Assembly (NCBI GenBank): GCA_030295235.1
Contig: AP026134.1
Span: 868,001 to 932,000 of the forward strand
Source of the DNA: Fistulifera solaris
Lineage: Eukaryota
Reading direction: 5' to 3'
Length of the DNA: 64,000 nucleotides
A program made the translations under genes and the position numbers. Shown here in pieces: positions 1 to 12,056 of the stretch. Position 1 is the first letter of the stretch. Every line of letters begins with the position of its first letter. Below the pieces are notes generated by a model. That model did no database searches. It worked only from the letters and a program-made list of their open reading frames with translations, and had not been told where the DNA came from.

Positions 1-724
1 TGTTTCTTCTGCATCTGCACCGTTTGCTGCAATAAATCTCGTTCCTCCAGAGCTTGTTTCAACTCTTCCTTGAGTTTCTCTTTCTCTTCGTCTTTGAAAA
101 CAACAACGTCTTCTTCCTCTTCCTCGTCGTCGTCATCCTCTTCATCGCCCCAGCCAAGCTCCTCGTTATCATCGCCATCTGATAGGGCAGTGTTCATTAC
201 AAAAGGAGGACGAGAACCCGAGAAGAATGAACTCGATTTATTCCCATCCATTGCTTTGCCTTCGTCATCTTCGGCCAGTGTCTTCGAAACAGCTTTTACC
301 GCGTCTCCTAGGAAGTGACCGATCGCATTCATAGGACCTTCTTCCTCAACGCTCGAATTCTGCCATTCGACCATGATTCTTTCCGGATCACAACGATAAA
401 AGTATCGCTGCCAAAATTCTGCGTAGCCGACATGATCAGGTACCAATTCTTCCAAATAAGTCTTCAGCATATCGTGTTTCTCCAGATTCATGTTGATCTC
501 GTCACTTTTTTCTTCTACATTAAAGGCATTCAAAAGTGCTCCACTTCGGCATCATCCTCGTTCAAAGGCGTTGAGTAGGTCTCTTCCAGTTTCAGACGTC
601 GGAGAGCTTCTGCCTCCTCCTCGGAAAGATCAAAGTTCTCATCTATATTGTTCAAAGCAGCGGCGGCATCTTCAGTGACCGTACTCACGAACTCAGTTAA
701 GTCTCTACGTAAAGCGCTCCACAT
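1..724 (-). CDS. BSD domain-containing protein (3' end runs off the window; 1-nt frameshift near 532)
   Basis: ORF MWSALRRDLTEFV... stops at HF*. Adding one T to the T-run restores HFLNAFNVEEK...ELVPDHVGYAEFWQRYFYR, the BSD FWxRYF signature, followed by an acidic tail. Confidence 0.7.
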
Positions 725-1366
725 TGTCGCGGACTTTCTCGTTACAAGAGAAATAATACAAAACGAGTCAGATGGTTCGTTCTAAAACCCCTCAAGGCGA
801 TATGAATAAAACACGGATAACTTTTGTCACGGACAGCGAGACCGAAACACACTATCTGGTTCACTGATTCCTTAAAGAATGAGCTGACGGAAACGCTTCT
901 CGTAGATAGAATTGCTAGTTGTTGACATCAAACGAGGAATAAATAACAAAGGGGGCGGATAGGACCAAGCGTTTATCCGCGACGCCTCGAACTCGAACTG
1001 GAACTTCGAATTCGTTTACGTACGGCCGTCGTACGTCCGCTGTGAGAAGGTCGCTTACTTTTTTGCCTCTTGTACAGTCAGAGGTTGTTGTCTACATAAG
1101 GCCTCATGATTCCGGTGTACTCTACGCTCTAGTGAGTGATTCAAATTAGATGTGGCATCAAAGGTTGTTTTAATTTTATACATCGGGAATACGATTTTCG
1201 ATTTTTCTTGTTAGGATGTTTCTGAAGCCAACGGTCCTGGATAATTCTTCATCCCAGCATTCACTTGATCGAAACAAAAATCCCTCCATGTAATGCTCAC
1301 GACATCACCATAACGTTTATTTAAAAGATCATTGTGCCTTCATCAACCATTTACAACCGTCTCTTA

Positions 1367-3239
1367 ATGTGTCGGTTAACTAGACGGGGAGTCGTCGCAG
1401 CAATTCTGCTACTATGCGCTGCGCAAACATTTGCCAGAAAATCCTCCACACGGCGGCTACCTAATGTTTATGGTTTCGAGAAGAAAGATCGAGGATCGCG
1501 AAAAGAAACGATTCTCTTGCAATATGACGAAACAGGGGATACATCGTCTTCAGAGCAAGCATTCACACAGACAGAGCTAGGTGTCGACTGCATAAGACGT
1601 CATGGAGGTAACGGAAAGGGTGACGGCAAACGTAATAGCAAGTCGAAGAAAAGCAAAAGCAGCACATATTTGTGCTCAGAGATCGGTGAAATTCAAGGTG
1701 AAGAAAGTGCCCCTGTTACCGTCTCGACTTCATCTCCCGTACTTGCTCCAATATCCGTCCCAAGTTCTGCTATTGCTGACCTTCCAACTGCTGAAATCAG
1801 CCCAACTACCGTGTCGACTGCTCCATCAATAACCGTTCAGGTCGCCTTTACGAATCTACCCACAAATCCACCTTCATCTCTATCTCCAAGTGCAGCGATC
1901 AGTGTCTCACCAAGTAAAGAGAACACATTCACAGAATCGGGGCAAATTGCCGTCGCAATTCCGAGTGCACAGCCTGTGGTGATGATGATTCCATCAGTGG
2001 AAAGCACGTCGCTACCCACCCTCGATCGACCGAGCAATGAGAAAGTCCCTCTTACCCGACCAAGCTCAGTACCTGAATCTACCCCAACTACTTTATCCAG
2101 TCCATCGACAGCGCCGCAAGGACGAACTTTCGTCCCTTCGCCACGACCGTCCCTGTCGATAAGTACTGAAAGTGGAGTTTTCCCTGATGATAACGCTCTG
2201 GTAAGAATGTGCAATTCTTTTCTTGCTGGGGCTGCTCCCACTTTCGGCCCGAAAGTTCTATTCCAAGGGAATCTTGTCCTTCTTTTAGATGGAACAGTCC
2301 CAACACAGCGCATTCTAGTCGATATGTATGACATTCTCAACAACGAGGTCGCCCTAGCTTTGATGGGATGCTCGAGGCTCAACAAGGGGGGATCAGGTCG
2401 ACAACTTCAACTGGTCATCTCTGGTCTACGAAATATTGCCTTTGCCGTTCCAACCGAAGATTCTGCAGGTAAGTGAACATCATTTCAAAATTTCATTCCT
2501 GTATCGACCGAATCTGAAATGCGTGTTTTGCTTTTCAGGTGTAGCGACGATTAGTGGATCTGCTTACTATACTGGAGAATACCCAGAAGGTCTTTTTGAC
2601 GTGTTAAGAAGTGTCATCCTGAACAGCGCTATCACTAGCATTCCAGGATTGTCGGGCGTCGGAATAGATTTTGAATTTGAAGCTACGAATACTGACGTTG
2701 CGTCTGACGAAGCTCCTTCAAGGGTCGCTACAAACAATAACATTTCACGAGAAAGCGAGCGTGAAAGAGGCGAGCAGCGAACAGGGACATTTGTTGGTGT
2801 TGTAATCGCCGGAATGTTCGCCGCATTATCAATGATTCTTGTTGTTCGTGCAAGCAAACGCCGACGGGAAATCGGACAGCAATCGAAGCATCACAAATTG
2901 GAAGACGTCTTGACAGACGACGAATCAAACGGCTATTCAAAGTCAGATCATGATACAGCTCCAGACGCCGGGGAAAACATGTGGTTCGCCAATATAATCG
3001 ACGACAACGATTCGGGCATCATCACTTGGGGCAGTCACACACCTTCAATCGCAAGCCATCGATATACGTCACGCTACTACCCTTTTAGAGGAGCCCAGTT
3101 TGACGAAGGCCACCAATGCACCGATCCGGATTGTATTTTTTGCTGGGAGGAAAGTCAATCTAGATACTCAGTCTCTTCAGTGACGCCGTCCTCAAGATTC
3201 CGCAAAGAATATGCGGTGGAGGACACCGTTGATCTATGA
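1367..3239 (+). CDS. Secreted/type-I membrane protein with Pro/Ser/Thr-rich stalk, function unknown; intron 2469-2538
   Basis: Signal-like N-terminus (VVAAILLLCAAQTFA) and a PST-rich region. A GTAAGT...TTTTCAG intron joins ORF 1334 to ORF 2436 in frame. Single TM helix (FVGVVIAGMFAALSMILVV) followed by basic residues. Confidence 0.7.
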
Positions 3240-3361
3240 GTCCGACTGTCGAGAATTCGCCATCCAACAATTGATTCAAAAATGGTTATTTTAATAGCAT
3301 GCAAGTAGTTGCCTTTTTCAACTGTCCATTTGAGAAATGAGGTTGTTCTGCAATTTGATTG

Positions 3362-4403
3362 TCACCTTGCTTTCATTTCTTGATCCGTTGCTCTTACAGA
3401 AGTGATCAAGGAGCCGTCGATCTCAACTGTCGACACGGCCACGCATTCCTCGGGAAGAGGTTTATTGTCGTAGTTTGGTCTCGAGTAGGTTGCGCGTTTT
3501 TCGAAATTTAAGCCGTGGTAAGTTTCAACGACAACGTAGCTGCTCTCGTCGAGTGTGTCCAAGTGATTTACCACTTGTTTACCATCTTGAACTTCACCCT
3601 CATTAGTATGGACTGAATGTTGCAATCGGACCAGCTCTTCCGTCTCCAACACGCATTCCGACTCACTCGTGGTGGCCCCATTTCTGGCAAACAAGACAAG
3701 GTCTGAACCCCAGATCTACCGGGAGCGCCGACAGAGGGGCTATTGATCCTACCACCCAATTTGAAATAGCAAGGAATGAATATTCATTGTAAAGTAGCGA
3801 TACAACATGGCCGGACGAATCAGTCTCGTGGCCGCGACTAGTATCATGCCTCTGTGAGGTTTATTCCTCTAAGTGTTCAAGCTCTAAGGCAGCATACCTG
3901 GCACGCTGTGGCATTTGCCGGAACAATTTGGGCTCCATCGTTCGAAAGGCTTTGCGGCGTTTGAGATGAAGCGGTATGAACTTTTCTTCTTTTTCGCTCC
4001 TCATCGATATTGATTGTAGTATTAGGTCCAGGTGATCAGACAACGTAAGAGCTCTTTCTTGATAATTCCCACCATTTCGAATCTGGTCACTACGAGCCAA
4101 GAAGTCAATGATGCCATGAAATGAAGTTGCGGAGGCATGATCATGCAGCTGCGACAAAGAATTGTTTCTCGATACTTGTTTCGGTCTCACCGAAGCTCCG
4201 TTGCCGTACTTTTCAAGCTGAGAACAGTCGGTAGTCGAGACACGAAGGCTAAGATCCACACAAGGGCTCTTTCCAGCGTTGGATGAACAAGAATGGCCCC
4301 GGTCATGATGGGAAGACATTCTTGGGCTTGACGGTAGAGCCGCCGGTTTGCGGTCATATCCATCTTCGTCAATATCGCAAGGGACGTTCTCCTCCAACGT
4401 CAT
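3362..4403 (-). CDS. Hypothetical protein(s): ORFs 3861-4403 and 3362-3694, possibly one interrupted gene
   Basis: Protein-like composition and a diatom-typical DRKPAA motif; no family recognised. Confidence 0.35.
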
Positions 4404-4787
4404 TAGAGTCTACCAGTACAGCATGCTCTTTTTTACTACGGTCAGATTTTTCAAATCGATTTTTGAATTAGTTGGATGGACAACGTTTTCGGATGTTCAT
4501 GTCGCAGGAATTTCGATGTCGGAAGATAAATTTGAAATAAAGTTGACAAAGTTGTTTCGACTATCTAACTAACATGTAGTCTGAATGTCACTGGGTGTAT
4601 CACCGGTACTCGTACAAAACGAAACACAACGACGCAGCGAAACGAGACACACCATGAGACAATCTATTTCAATCTATTCATTTCGCAACAACACCGTCGG
4701 CTTTGACCATTGAATACTTACTTGCTTGGTTGAAACGGACTGACTACAATTAAGTTTTGGAGCCAGGCATCATCGAATAATCGCCGC

Positions 4788-4825
4788 TGCATTCTTGGAA
4801 AGACCTTGCATTCTTGGAAAGACCT
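4788..4825. repeat. Exact 19-bp tandem duplication (TGCATTCTTGGAAAGACCT x2)
   Basis: Directly visible at 4788-4806 and 4807-4825. Confidence 0.9.
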
Positions 4826-4846
4826 CGTTTTTCATTTCGCTGCAAC

Positions 4847-5655
4847 ATGCCTCCACGATTGCCGTCCACGCACTCACCTGCCAACCTATCATTACTAGAC
4901 CCGCATCACCGTGTCACGACGCCGAAGTCATCCATGAGCATAAGGAGAAAGGAGACTGCGGAGGAAGAGTTGGTAGAAAACGCCGAGCGACAGGATACCG
5001 CCGCTTCATCGAGTACAAATAATAACAATATTGTCGCCACTAACAACCCGTTTCATACCACGAATTCATTCGGCATGTATCCGGGTGGAAACTTTGGAAT
5101 GGGAGGATTGGGGGCTTCGGGTACGGTAGTCCCATGCTCGGTACGCCACTCATGGGCATTGGTGGCCCTTTGAACTCGTTGAATCAATTTCTATTCAGTA
5201 TTCAGAACGTGATTTTCTCTTTGAGTCAAGCCGTCCAAATTGTTGGTATGAACGCACAAGGATTGCAACAACTACTGGAATCGGGAACGGCCATGTTTGA
5301 TCACATTGTAGCGTCATTACACGAACTGGTAGAACCACAACGTGCCGAGAGTCCGGAAGAACGAAAACGGCGGAGAAGGATTCGAGCGTTACGCTGGGCT
5401 GTGATTACTGCTATTACATATGCTGGCTACAGAATACTGCGATCTCTTCGACAACGTCAGCAGCGAAGCTTCATTTCAGCTGGCCCGTCATCGGCGCCGT
5501 ACCAACAACAGCTTCCCTATAGTAATCCTTACGGATATACTGGCTATCCTCAACAACAATACGGTCTTCCTTCTTACGGTGGTGGATACGGAACTGGATA
5601 CGGGTCATGGGGCTCGTATGGAGGGTTCAACGGTTCGGGCGGTCAATATTATTAG
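4847..5655 (+). CDS. PEX13-like peroxin (plant-type, no SH3); frameshift in G-run near 5112
   Basis: Gly/Tyr/Met-rich region followed by the amphipathic segment LNQFLFSIQNVIFSLSQAVQIVGMNAQGLQQLL and a TM helix, reminiscent of plant/algal PEX13. YG-rich tail. Confidence 0.45.
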
Positions 5656-6401
5656 CTGCATTTGGCTTAAAAGGAAGCTTTTCTTTAAAACCAAATAATC
5701 ACATTTATTCCGTTATCTTTTCTCTGAAGCGATTGAAAAGTTCTCGAAAGGAATAAAACTGCTGATTTCGTTTACTAATTTGCGAGACTAGCTAGGTGTA
5801 AGCCTTCAGCCATGAGTCTCTTTTGCTGAGTCCTTCGTCCTTCCAATACTACTTGTCCAATACTAGTCCCTTGTCCTACCCTCTACCAGCTACCAGTACA
5901 GTACCATACCGGTCGACTGACAAGAGCGACCTACACGTCGGCTTACAGTAGCCTACCTTGGTACGGGGTACCGTACCTGCATTTGGAATTTGGAGTTACA
6001 AGTATACTCGGACTTTTCCTAACCCTAACCCTCGGACGTTTCAAATACACTTCCCTTCTTTCCACTTTCTGCCGTATTTTCGCGTTACCTGGTACTGACC
6101 GCACCTCCACCAACCTTCTGCGGGGGACAACAGGACAACAACTCACCGCACAATAAGAGAATTTGATTGAATGTGTCACAAGATTGAAAGGAACATTTGC
6201 TGTTTGTATCATCTTGTGCCTTCCTCCTCATGTTGTTTTTCACTTTTCACTAAGCTAGCTATAAAATTGTTTCGAAAATCGTTGAAGAAAGCAGCGGAAG
6301 CACAGCTATTTCATTGATTTTCCTAACCGTCGTCCGTCAGTAAGGTCTATGCCTCTTTTCTATTAGTAGTGATTGCAATAGAAATAATAAAGGCACGTAC
6401 C

Positions 6402-8218
6402 ATGACTGCGTCAAATTCTGCGAGCAGTGGAGCAAGTCGTACCGTTGCGCGGCCGATAGCAAACCTCGGAAACACATGTTACATTTCAGCAGTTCTTCAA
6501 GCACTAGCTCACGCCCCAGAACTGTGTTTAGCGATGGATTGTGAATCGCACCGTTCACAATGCCCCGTTGCAGCAGGAAGACAAAGTCATTCCCCAGAGC
6601 CTTCTCCCGATTCAGGCGGATCTACACGAAAGTCACAAAGACGCAACAGTCCGGTTCAAATCGATAGTTTCTGCACTCTTTGCGAAATCGAAGATCATAT
6701 TCGACGAGTACACGACGGCACCGATGACAAGCCTGTGGCACCCGCCACGTTCGTGAACGGCTTCATTGAGCATGTCGCTCCTTGGTTTAAGTTAGGCGTA
6801 CAAGAGGATTCGCACGAGTTTTTGCGGCTTCTCATTGATGCAATGCAAAAGTCATGCAAGAGCGCCCGCATCAATGTAAAGGCCAGTTCGTTGCCTTACA
6901 ATGTGGGAGCAGACGAAGACATCACAAAGGATGTAGAGCTGGACCAAGAGTATCCGTTCGCTCTATTCCGCGGAACAGTAGAGTCAAGAGTTACATGTGA
7001 TTCGTGTGGTGCAACGAGTTCCACGAAGGACCCCATCGAAGACATTGGCCTCGAAGTCTCCTTGCCCAACGACATTGCCGCTTCTCGGAGCGCTAGTCGT
7101 GGGAGTCGAAATTCGTCTCCCATCCCACCAGCGCTCACGGATGTACAACAAGCGTTCAAGCGATTTGCGGGAGTCGAAGCGCTGGATTCAGGTTACAAGT
7201 GCGAAAAGTGCAGCAAGGTGGGACGAGCGACCAAGCAAACGCGCTTGGCAAGCATTCCCCCAATACTGACGTTGCAACTCAAGCGTTTCCGTTACGGGAG
7301 CGAAAATCCGAGTTTGCCAGCCCGTCGATCGGGGAGATCCTCGGACCCTGTCCAAGTGACGGCTGGCAAGTCCGGAAGCGCCAAAATTGAAGGTCACATC
7401 AAGTTTGAGTTGTTTTTTGATCTACATCCGTACTTGACGACGGAACTTCAGGAAAAGCACAAGAACATGTTTTGCAGACTCTTTGCAGTTATTGTTCATG
7501 CAGGAAAGAATTCTCATTCGGGCCATTACATTGCGTACGTCCGCAACATTGCCATGAACGAATGGTGGAAGATGGATGACGCACGTGTTACGGCAGCTTC
7601 GGAGAGCGAAGTCCTTCAAGCGGAAGCATACATACTTTTCTACCGTATTGTGCAACATCCAGTGTCAGTCCGTCTCGAACAGTTATATCAGAAGAACCAG
7701 AAACAAGAAGGCGAAGACCAACCGACGATTGACCCGATGGTCGTAAGCGAAAATGTTTCAATTCAAGACATGAAGCAAGAGGAGACAAGTAGGAAAGCTT
7801 CAAGGAAGCGATTGCTAACAATCGACGCAGGTATTGAGTGGGCCCGATCCAAGACAAACATTCCCATTCATTTAATCCGAAAAGTACAAGACCTTGCCTC
7901 AGAAGAAATAACGTGGACTCCCGAGTTTGTAAAGAAGATTACTTCATCCGGGAAAGACGTCCCCAAACGCGCGAGCGGTGAGTCTCAAACAGCAACATCT
8001 TGCAGCTTTGCACCACTCCGCGCTTTCTTATGCTTTCCGTTTGTCTTTTTAAATCCTCAGACGAGGATGTTGTCGGCGGTACCAAGAAGCTCCGATCAAA
8101 GATAATGAATGCTCTTTTCAAACACACAAAGCTGACTTTTGGGTCAGCGAAGCTAGCCAAAATATTGAAAAAGTCGTCGCCGTCGTGGAGGCGGAAGACG
8201 CCGACTTACTCTAATTAA
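6402..8218 (+). CDS. Ubiquitin carboxyl-terminal hydrolase (USP/C19 family, USP36/42-like); intron 7978-8060
   Basis: Cys box NLGNTCY, QEDSHEF, LQLKRF, His box HAGKNSHSGHYIAY and WWKMDDA. GTGAGT...CCTCAG intron. Confidence 0.93.
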
Positions 8219-8396
8219 ATACAGATCCTAGATGCAGCAACTTAAGGAACAGTGATGTATCATCTATAGGCCATTAGCGTACTCGTTATCTATGTAGTGA
8301 AGGAATAGTCAATAAACTTGGCAGTTGTAGCAATAAGCGCCTCGATTCTTCTTTAACGTCGGAAATCTTTTGCGGATCGTTGTCCTAAGAATTTTT

Positions 8397-8922
8397 CTAT
8401 AGGCCCAAAGTGAAAGCGTCCTTTTACCACGACTGCATTTCAGTCATGAAGCAATTTTTTCCGAGCCAGACTGCTGCCTAACCTCTGTTCGTTTTGCAAG
8501 CTTGTCGGGCTATAATTGTTTTTATTTTAAGCCGTCTACCTTCCATAACATTTACAATGCAAGCATCGATTGTCGAAGTCGAGAAGCTTCGGAATCGATG
8601 CCTTCCTTATGTACTATAGGCCCAAAGTGAAAGCGTCCTTTTACCACGACTGCATTTCAGTCATGAAGCAATTTTTCCGAGCCAGACTGCTGCCTAACCT
8701 CTGTTCGTTTTGCAAGCTTGTCGGGCTATAATTGTTTTTATTTTAAGCCGTCTACCTTCCATAACATTTACAATGCAAGCATCGATTGTCGAAGTCGAGA
8801 AGCTTCGGAATCGATGTCTTCCTTATGTACTTTAGGCCCAAAGTAAAGCGTCCTTTTACCACGACTGCATTTCAGTCATGAAGCAATTTTTCCGAGCCAG
8901 ACTGCTGCCTAACCTCTGTTCG
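8397..8922. repeat. Tandem repeat, ~217-bp unit x ~2.4 copies
   Basis: Units start at 8397, 8614 and 8830 (CTATAGGCCCAAAGTGAAAGCGTCC...) and are near-identical; the third copy is truncated at ~8922. Confidence 0.95.
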
Positions 8923-9228
8923 CTCTTTCTCCTCTAGCTTACTGATCCACAACTGTCTCCTTGAACTGTTCAATAAATCTTAACGTTTGAATATGAGTGT
9001 CCACGTCCATAATCCACTCATATCCGCTTACCACATAGCATTGATCTTCGCACTTTTCCGCCCCCCGACCGCCAAGATATCAGCACGACTCATAACCTAA
9101 TGTCCAGACGTCGTCCCGTCTCCCGTCTGCCGTCTCCCATTCATTGTAAGGCAAGGATTCATTCTGTTCCATCGATAATATGAACAAGAGTCGCATTTGA
9201 AACTTGTTCATTGTGGAAGATAGAAGAA

Positions 9229-10866
9229 ATGCCGACATCATTCAATATTCCTTTCGTTACGGCAAACCCCAACTCGTGGGGTCCACCGTCGGAGATTGAT
9301 GAAGCGAACACGGACGCTGGCTCGGTGGCGAAATACGCTGCTTTGCCCTATTCTCCGTTCGGACGCAACGATCGTCTCGGCCGCGTCGCCGACTTTACCT
9401 CGGGCAACAAATTCACGGCCGGGCGTTACAATCGTCGCACGCAGCAAGCTTCGGAAGAGGATGAGGAACAAGCCTTTCAATTGGTCGATACTACCAAAGC
9501 ACAGCAATCGCACAAACGATTTGTCAACCCCGCCAGCAAACGACGCATGCACAGTCAGCGCTTGCGTCAAATCAATGCTCGTCGTCAACAGGCTACGGGT
9601 CATCAGTTGGATAAAATGACACGTGGTGCCCCCGCGGGCCGTTTCGGAGGCCGGGGGGCCGGACGGGGTGGGCGCGGTGCCGGCCGCGGCGCAGGAACCT
9701 TCAACAACCGCAATGTCGATCGACAGCCATCGGTGGCAGTGCAGAGTGACTGGGTCAAGGTCGAGGAGTTGGACTTGCAAAAGATCAACAAACACTTGGT
9801 CATTCCTTCCTCAATTCCGACTCCAGAAGATGTCTTGTGGTGCGGTTTCGTCGATACATACAACGATAGTTACGACAAGGTATCGGCGAGACAGCCTATT
9901 AACTTGAAACGAATGGAAAACAAGCTGTTCTATCCTGTTACAACAACTGATGACCCTGTACTCGAGAAATTTGCCATCGATGAGGCGGCACAAGTCTTTG
10001 TGACGGACACGATCATGTCTCATCTCATGTGCTCTACGCGATCGGTCTATCCATGGGACATTGTAGTGCAGAAGCTTCCCAATGGGACACTCTTTCTCGA
10101 CAAGCGCGACAACTCCCAGTTCGATTACCTTACTGTCCACGAAACTGCCTACGCCACGCCGTCACCGTCGGAAGACGAAGGCATTAATTCGTCCGGTCGC
10201 TTGTCGTTGGAAAGCACAATGGTGTGCCAGAACTTTAGTCAGCAGATTCTCAAGAAATCAGGTCGCAAACAAATGGATCTTCCCAACCCATTCTACGACG
10301 AAGAGGACTCCGAAGAGGTGATGGAGCCGGCCAGTGTGGCGTACCGCTACCGAAAGTGGCAGTTGGACGATGGCACCCGCGTCATGTGCCGTACCGAATT
10401 GCATGGTTTGGTCAAGAATACGCAATACATGACCGCCTTCGCTTTGAACGAGTACCCGGCAGGTGGCTGGCGTGACAAGATTGATTCGCAGCGTGGTGCT
10501 GTTTTGGCCACGGAGCTCAAGAACAATTCCTTCAAGCTGGCCAAGTGGACGACACAGTCACTCTTGGCCGGTGCCGATCAAATGAAGATTGGGTTTGTGG
10601 CTCGCGCAGCACCGAAGAATCCGTACGAACACCAAATTTTGGCGACGCAATTCTACCGGCCGAAGGACTTTGCTCAGCAAATCACCCTGAATGAAGGAAA
10701 CATGTGGGCCATGTTCCGCTTGTTTATCAACATGTTCCAGAAGCTTGAAACAGGCAAATATGTGCTAATGCGCGATCCCAATAAGCCCATCCTTCATCTT
10801 TACAGAGTCCCACCCAACACGTTTGAAGATGACGACGAGGATGAAGAAGAGGAGAAGGAAGAATAA
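9229..10866 (+). CDS. eIF3d: Eukaryotic translation initiation factor 3 subunit D
   Basis: N-terminal WGP and [70 protein letters not shown], acidic tail. Confidence 0.97.
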   Translation: MPTSFNIPFVTANPNSWGPPSEIDEANTDAGSVAKYAALPYSPFGRNDRLGRVADFTSGNKFTAGRYNRRTQQASEEDEEQAFQLVDTTKAQQSHKRFVNPASKRRMHSQRLRQINARRQQATGHQLDKMTRGAPAGRFGGRGAGRGGRGAGRGAGTFNNRNVDRQPSVAVQSDWVKVEELDLQKINKHLVIPSSIPTPEDVLWCGFVDTYNDSYDKVSARQPINLKRMENKLFYPVTTTDDPVLEKFAIDEAAQVFVTDTIMSHLMCSTRSVYPWDIVVQKLPNGTLFLDKRDNSQFDYLTVHETAYATPSPSEDEGINSSGRLSLESTMVCQNFSQQILKKSGRKQMDLPNPFYDEEDSEEVMEPASVAYRYRKWQLDDGTRVMCRTELHGLVKNTQYMTAFALNEYPAGGWRDKIDSQRGAVLATELKNNSFKLAKWTTQSLLAGADQMKIGFVARAAPKNPYEHQILATQFYRPKDFAQQITLNEGNMWAMFRLFINMFQKLETGKYVLMRDPNKPILHLYRVPPNTFEDDDEDEEEEKEE

Positions 10867-11142
10867 TGAAGTCAACATGGTAAGCCGAAGAAAAGGTTTT
10901 CGTTAGGATGTGCTTCAACTTGATTGTGGAAGTAGTTTTAATTCCATTTAGATAAATCATGGATATGAATCGCTTTATTCTCGTCGTTGTAGAGATACAA
11001 AACATTTTTATGAAGCGGTACGATTTCTACAAGAAATGTGTGATGATAAGAAACGATGCTCTAGCAAGGTTTATCATTTAATTTGTGGATCGACACAGTT
11101 TCTAACACCATTATTTCATCTTCAAAATACTGAAGAATCCTT

Positions 11143-11669
11143 TTACTCGTCAGCCAAGGGAGGAGAGAGGTAAAGGATGAGGGCACCAACAAGGTAAGTC
11201 CGGCCACTGGGTAGAAAGCACCACCAAAGTCACCCGAGCTGGTAGCGATCACGTTGGCGTTCTGTGCGAATGTGCTGATCATATCGACATCCATGACAAC
11301 CTCGGTCATCTTGGGGGCGGAAGTTCGGGCAAAAGCCGGAGAAGAGACTGCAATAATGAAGAGAAACGACACAACAAAAAATCCTGTGAGAAAAGGTACC
11401 TTCACGGAAAGTACGAGGCACCGGCTAAATGATGAAATCATCTTAGACGAGGATCGACAGACGTCGATCTCTCATTTCTCTAAAGGTATATTGCAGTTTG
11501 ATGCTAGGAAGATGCCGTTCTGATTGCCCAAAAGACATTTCTCAAAGAGTGCAACTCTCCGACAAAAAGTGCACGATGGCACAATCAACTCACCAGCGTT
11601 GCTAGCCGGGGCAACGAAGGCCGATGCGGCGGCAATGATAAGAGCAATGAAGAAAAGAACGCGAGCCAT
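11143..11669 (-). CDS. Small plastid-targeted single-TM protein; intron 11348-11593; 1-nt indel near 11186
   Basis: Bipartite presequence MARVLFFIALIIAAASAF-VAP. Splicing gives ...SNAVSSPAFARTSAPKM.... Restoring one G gives the C-terminus DFGGAFYPVAGLTLLGALILYLSPPLADE*. Confidence 0.7.
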
Positions 11670-12056
11670 GTTTACAATTATAGAGGATGTGATGCAACAA
11701 TCGACTTCTCGAAGATGATGCGGTGATCGTCTCGTTTGCGGACCAGGGCGATCTTCATCTTCACCTTCGAAAGTTGCGAAACGCTGACGTTGGTAGGTTT
11801 TCAACGAGACTTCCTACGGCAACAGTACGTAAGACGTACGTACGCGGTTGGCGATCTTTCGGGTTCAACTGTCATTCATTCGCGATTCAGTCACGTATGG
11901 TTCGTGATTCAAATGTGTGTCTGTCGTACACCCGGACAAGCTTGGCCAATCAAATGAAATCCGCGCGACAAAAACCATCGGTTTTCTTTTCATTTGATTA
12001 TTACCTTCGGCTCTCATGTTTGTCACCTTAATTGATGTCGAGTCCCTCGAGCGATC

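Noticed and set aside
6018..6032. Telomeric CCCTAA repeats
   Set aside because: Only about two units, internal; at most a telo-box-like promoter motif.
8410..8470. U5 or U4 snRNA
   Set aside because: TCCTTTTAC differs from the invariant U5 loop GCCTTTTAC, the closing stem is only 3 bp, the distance to the Sm-like site is too short, and no U6-pairing region is seen.
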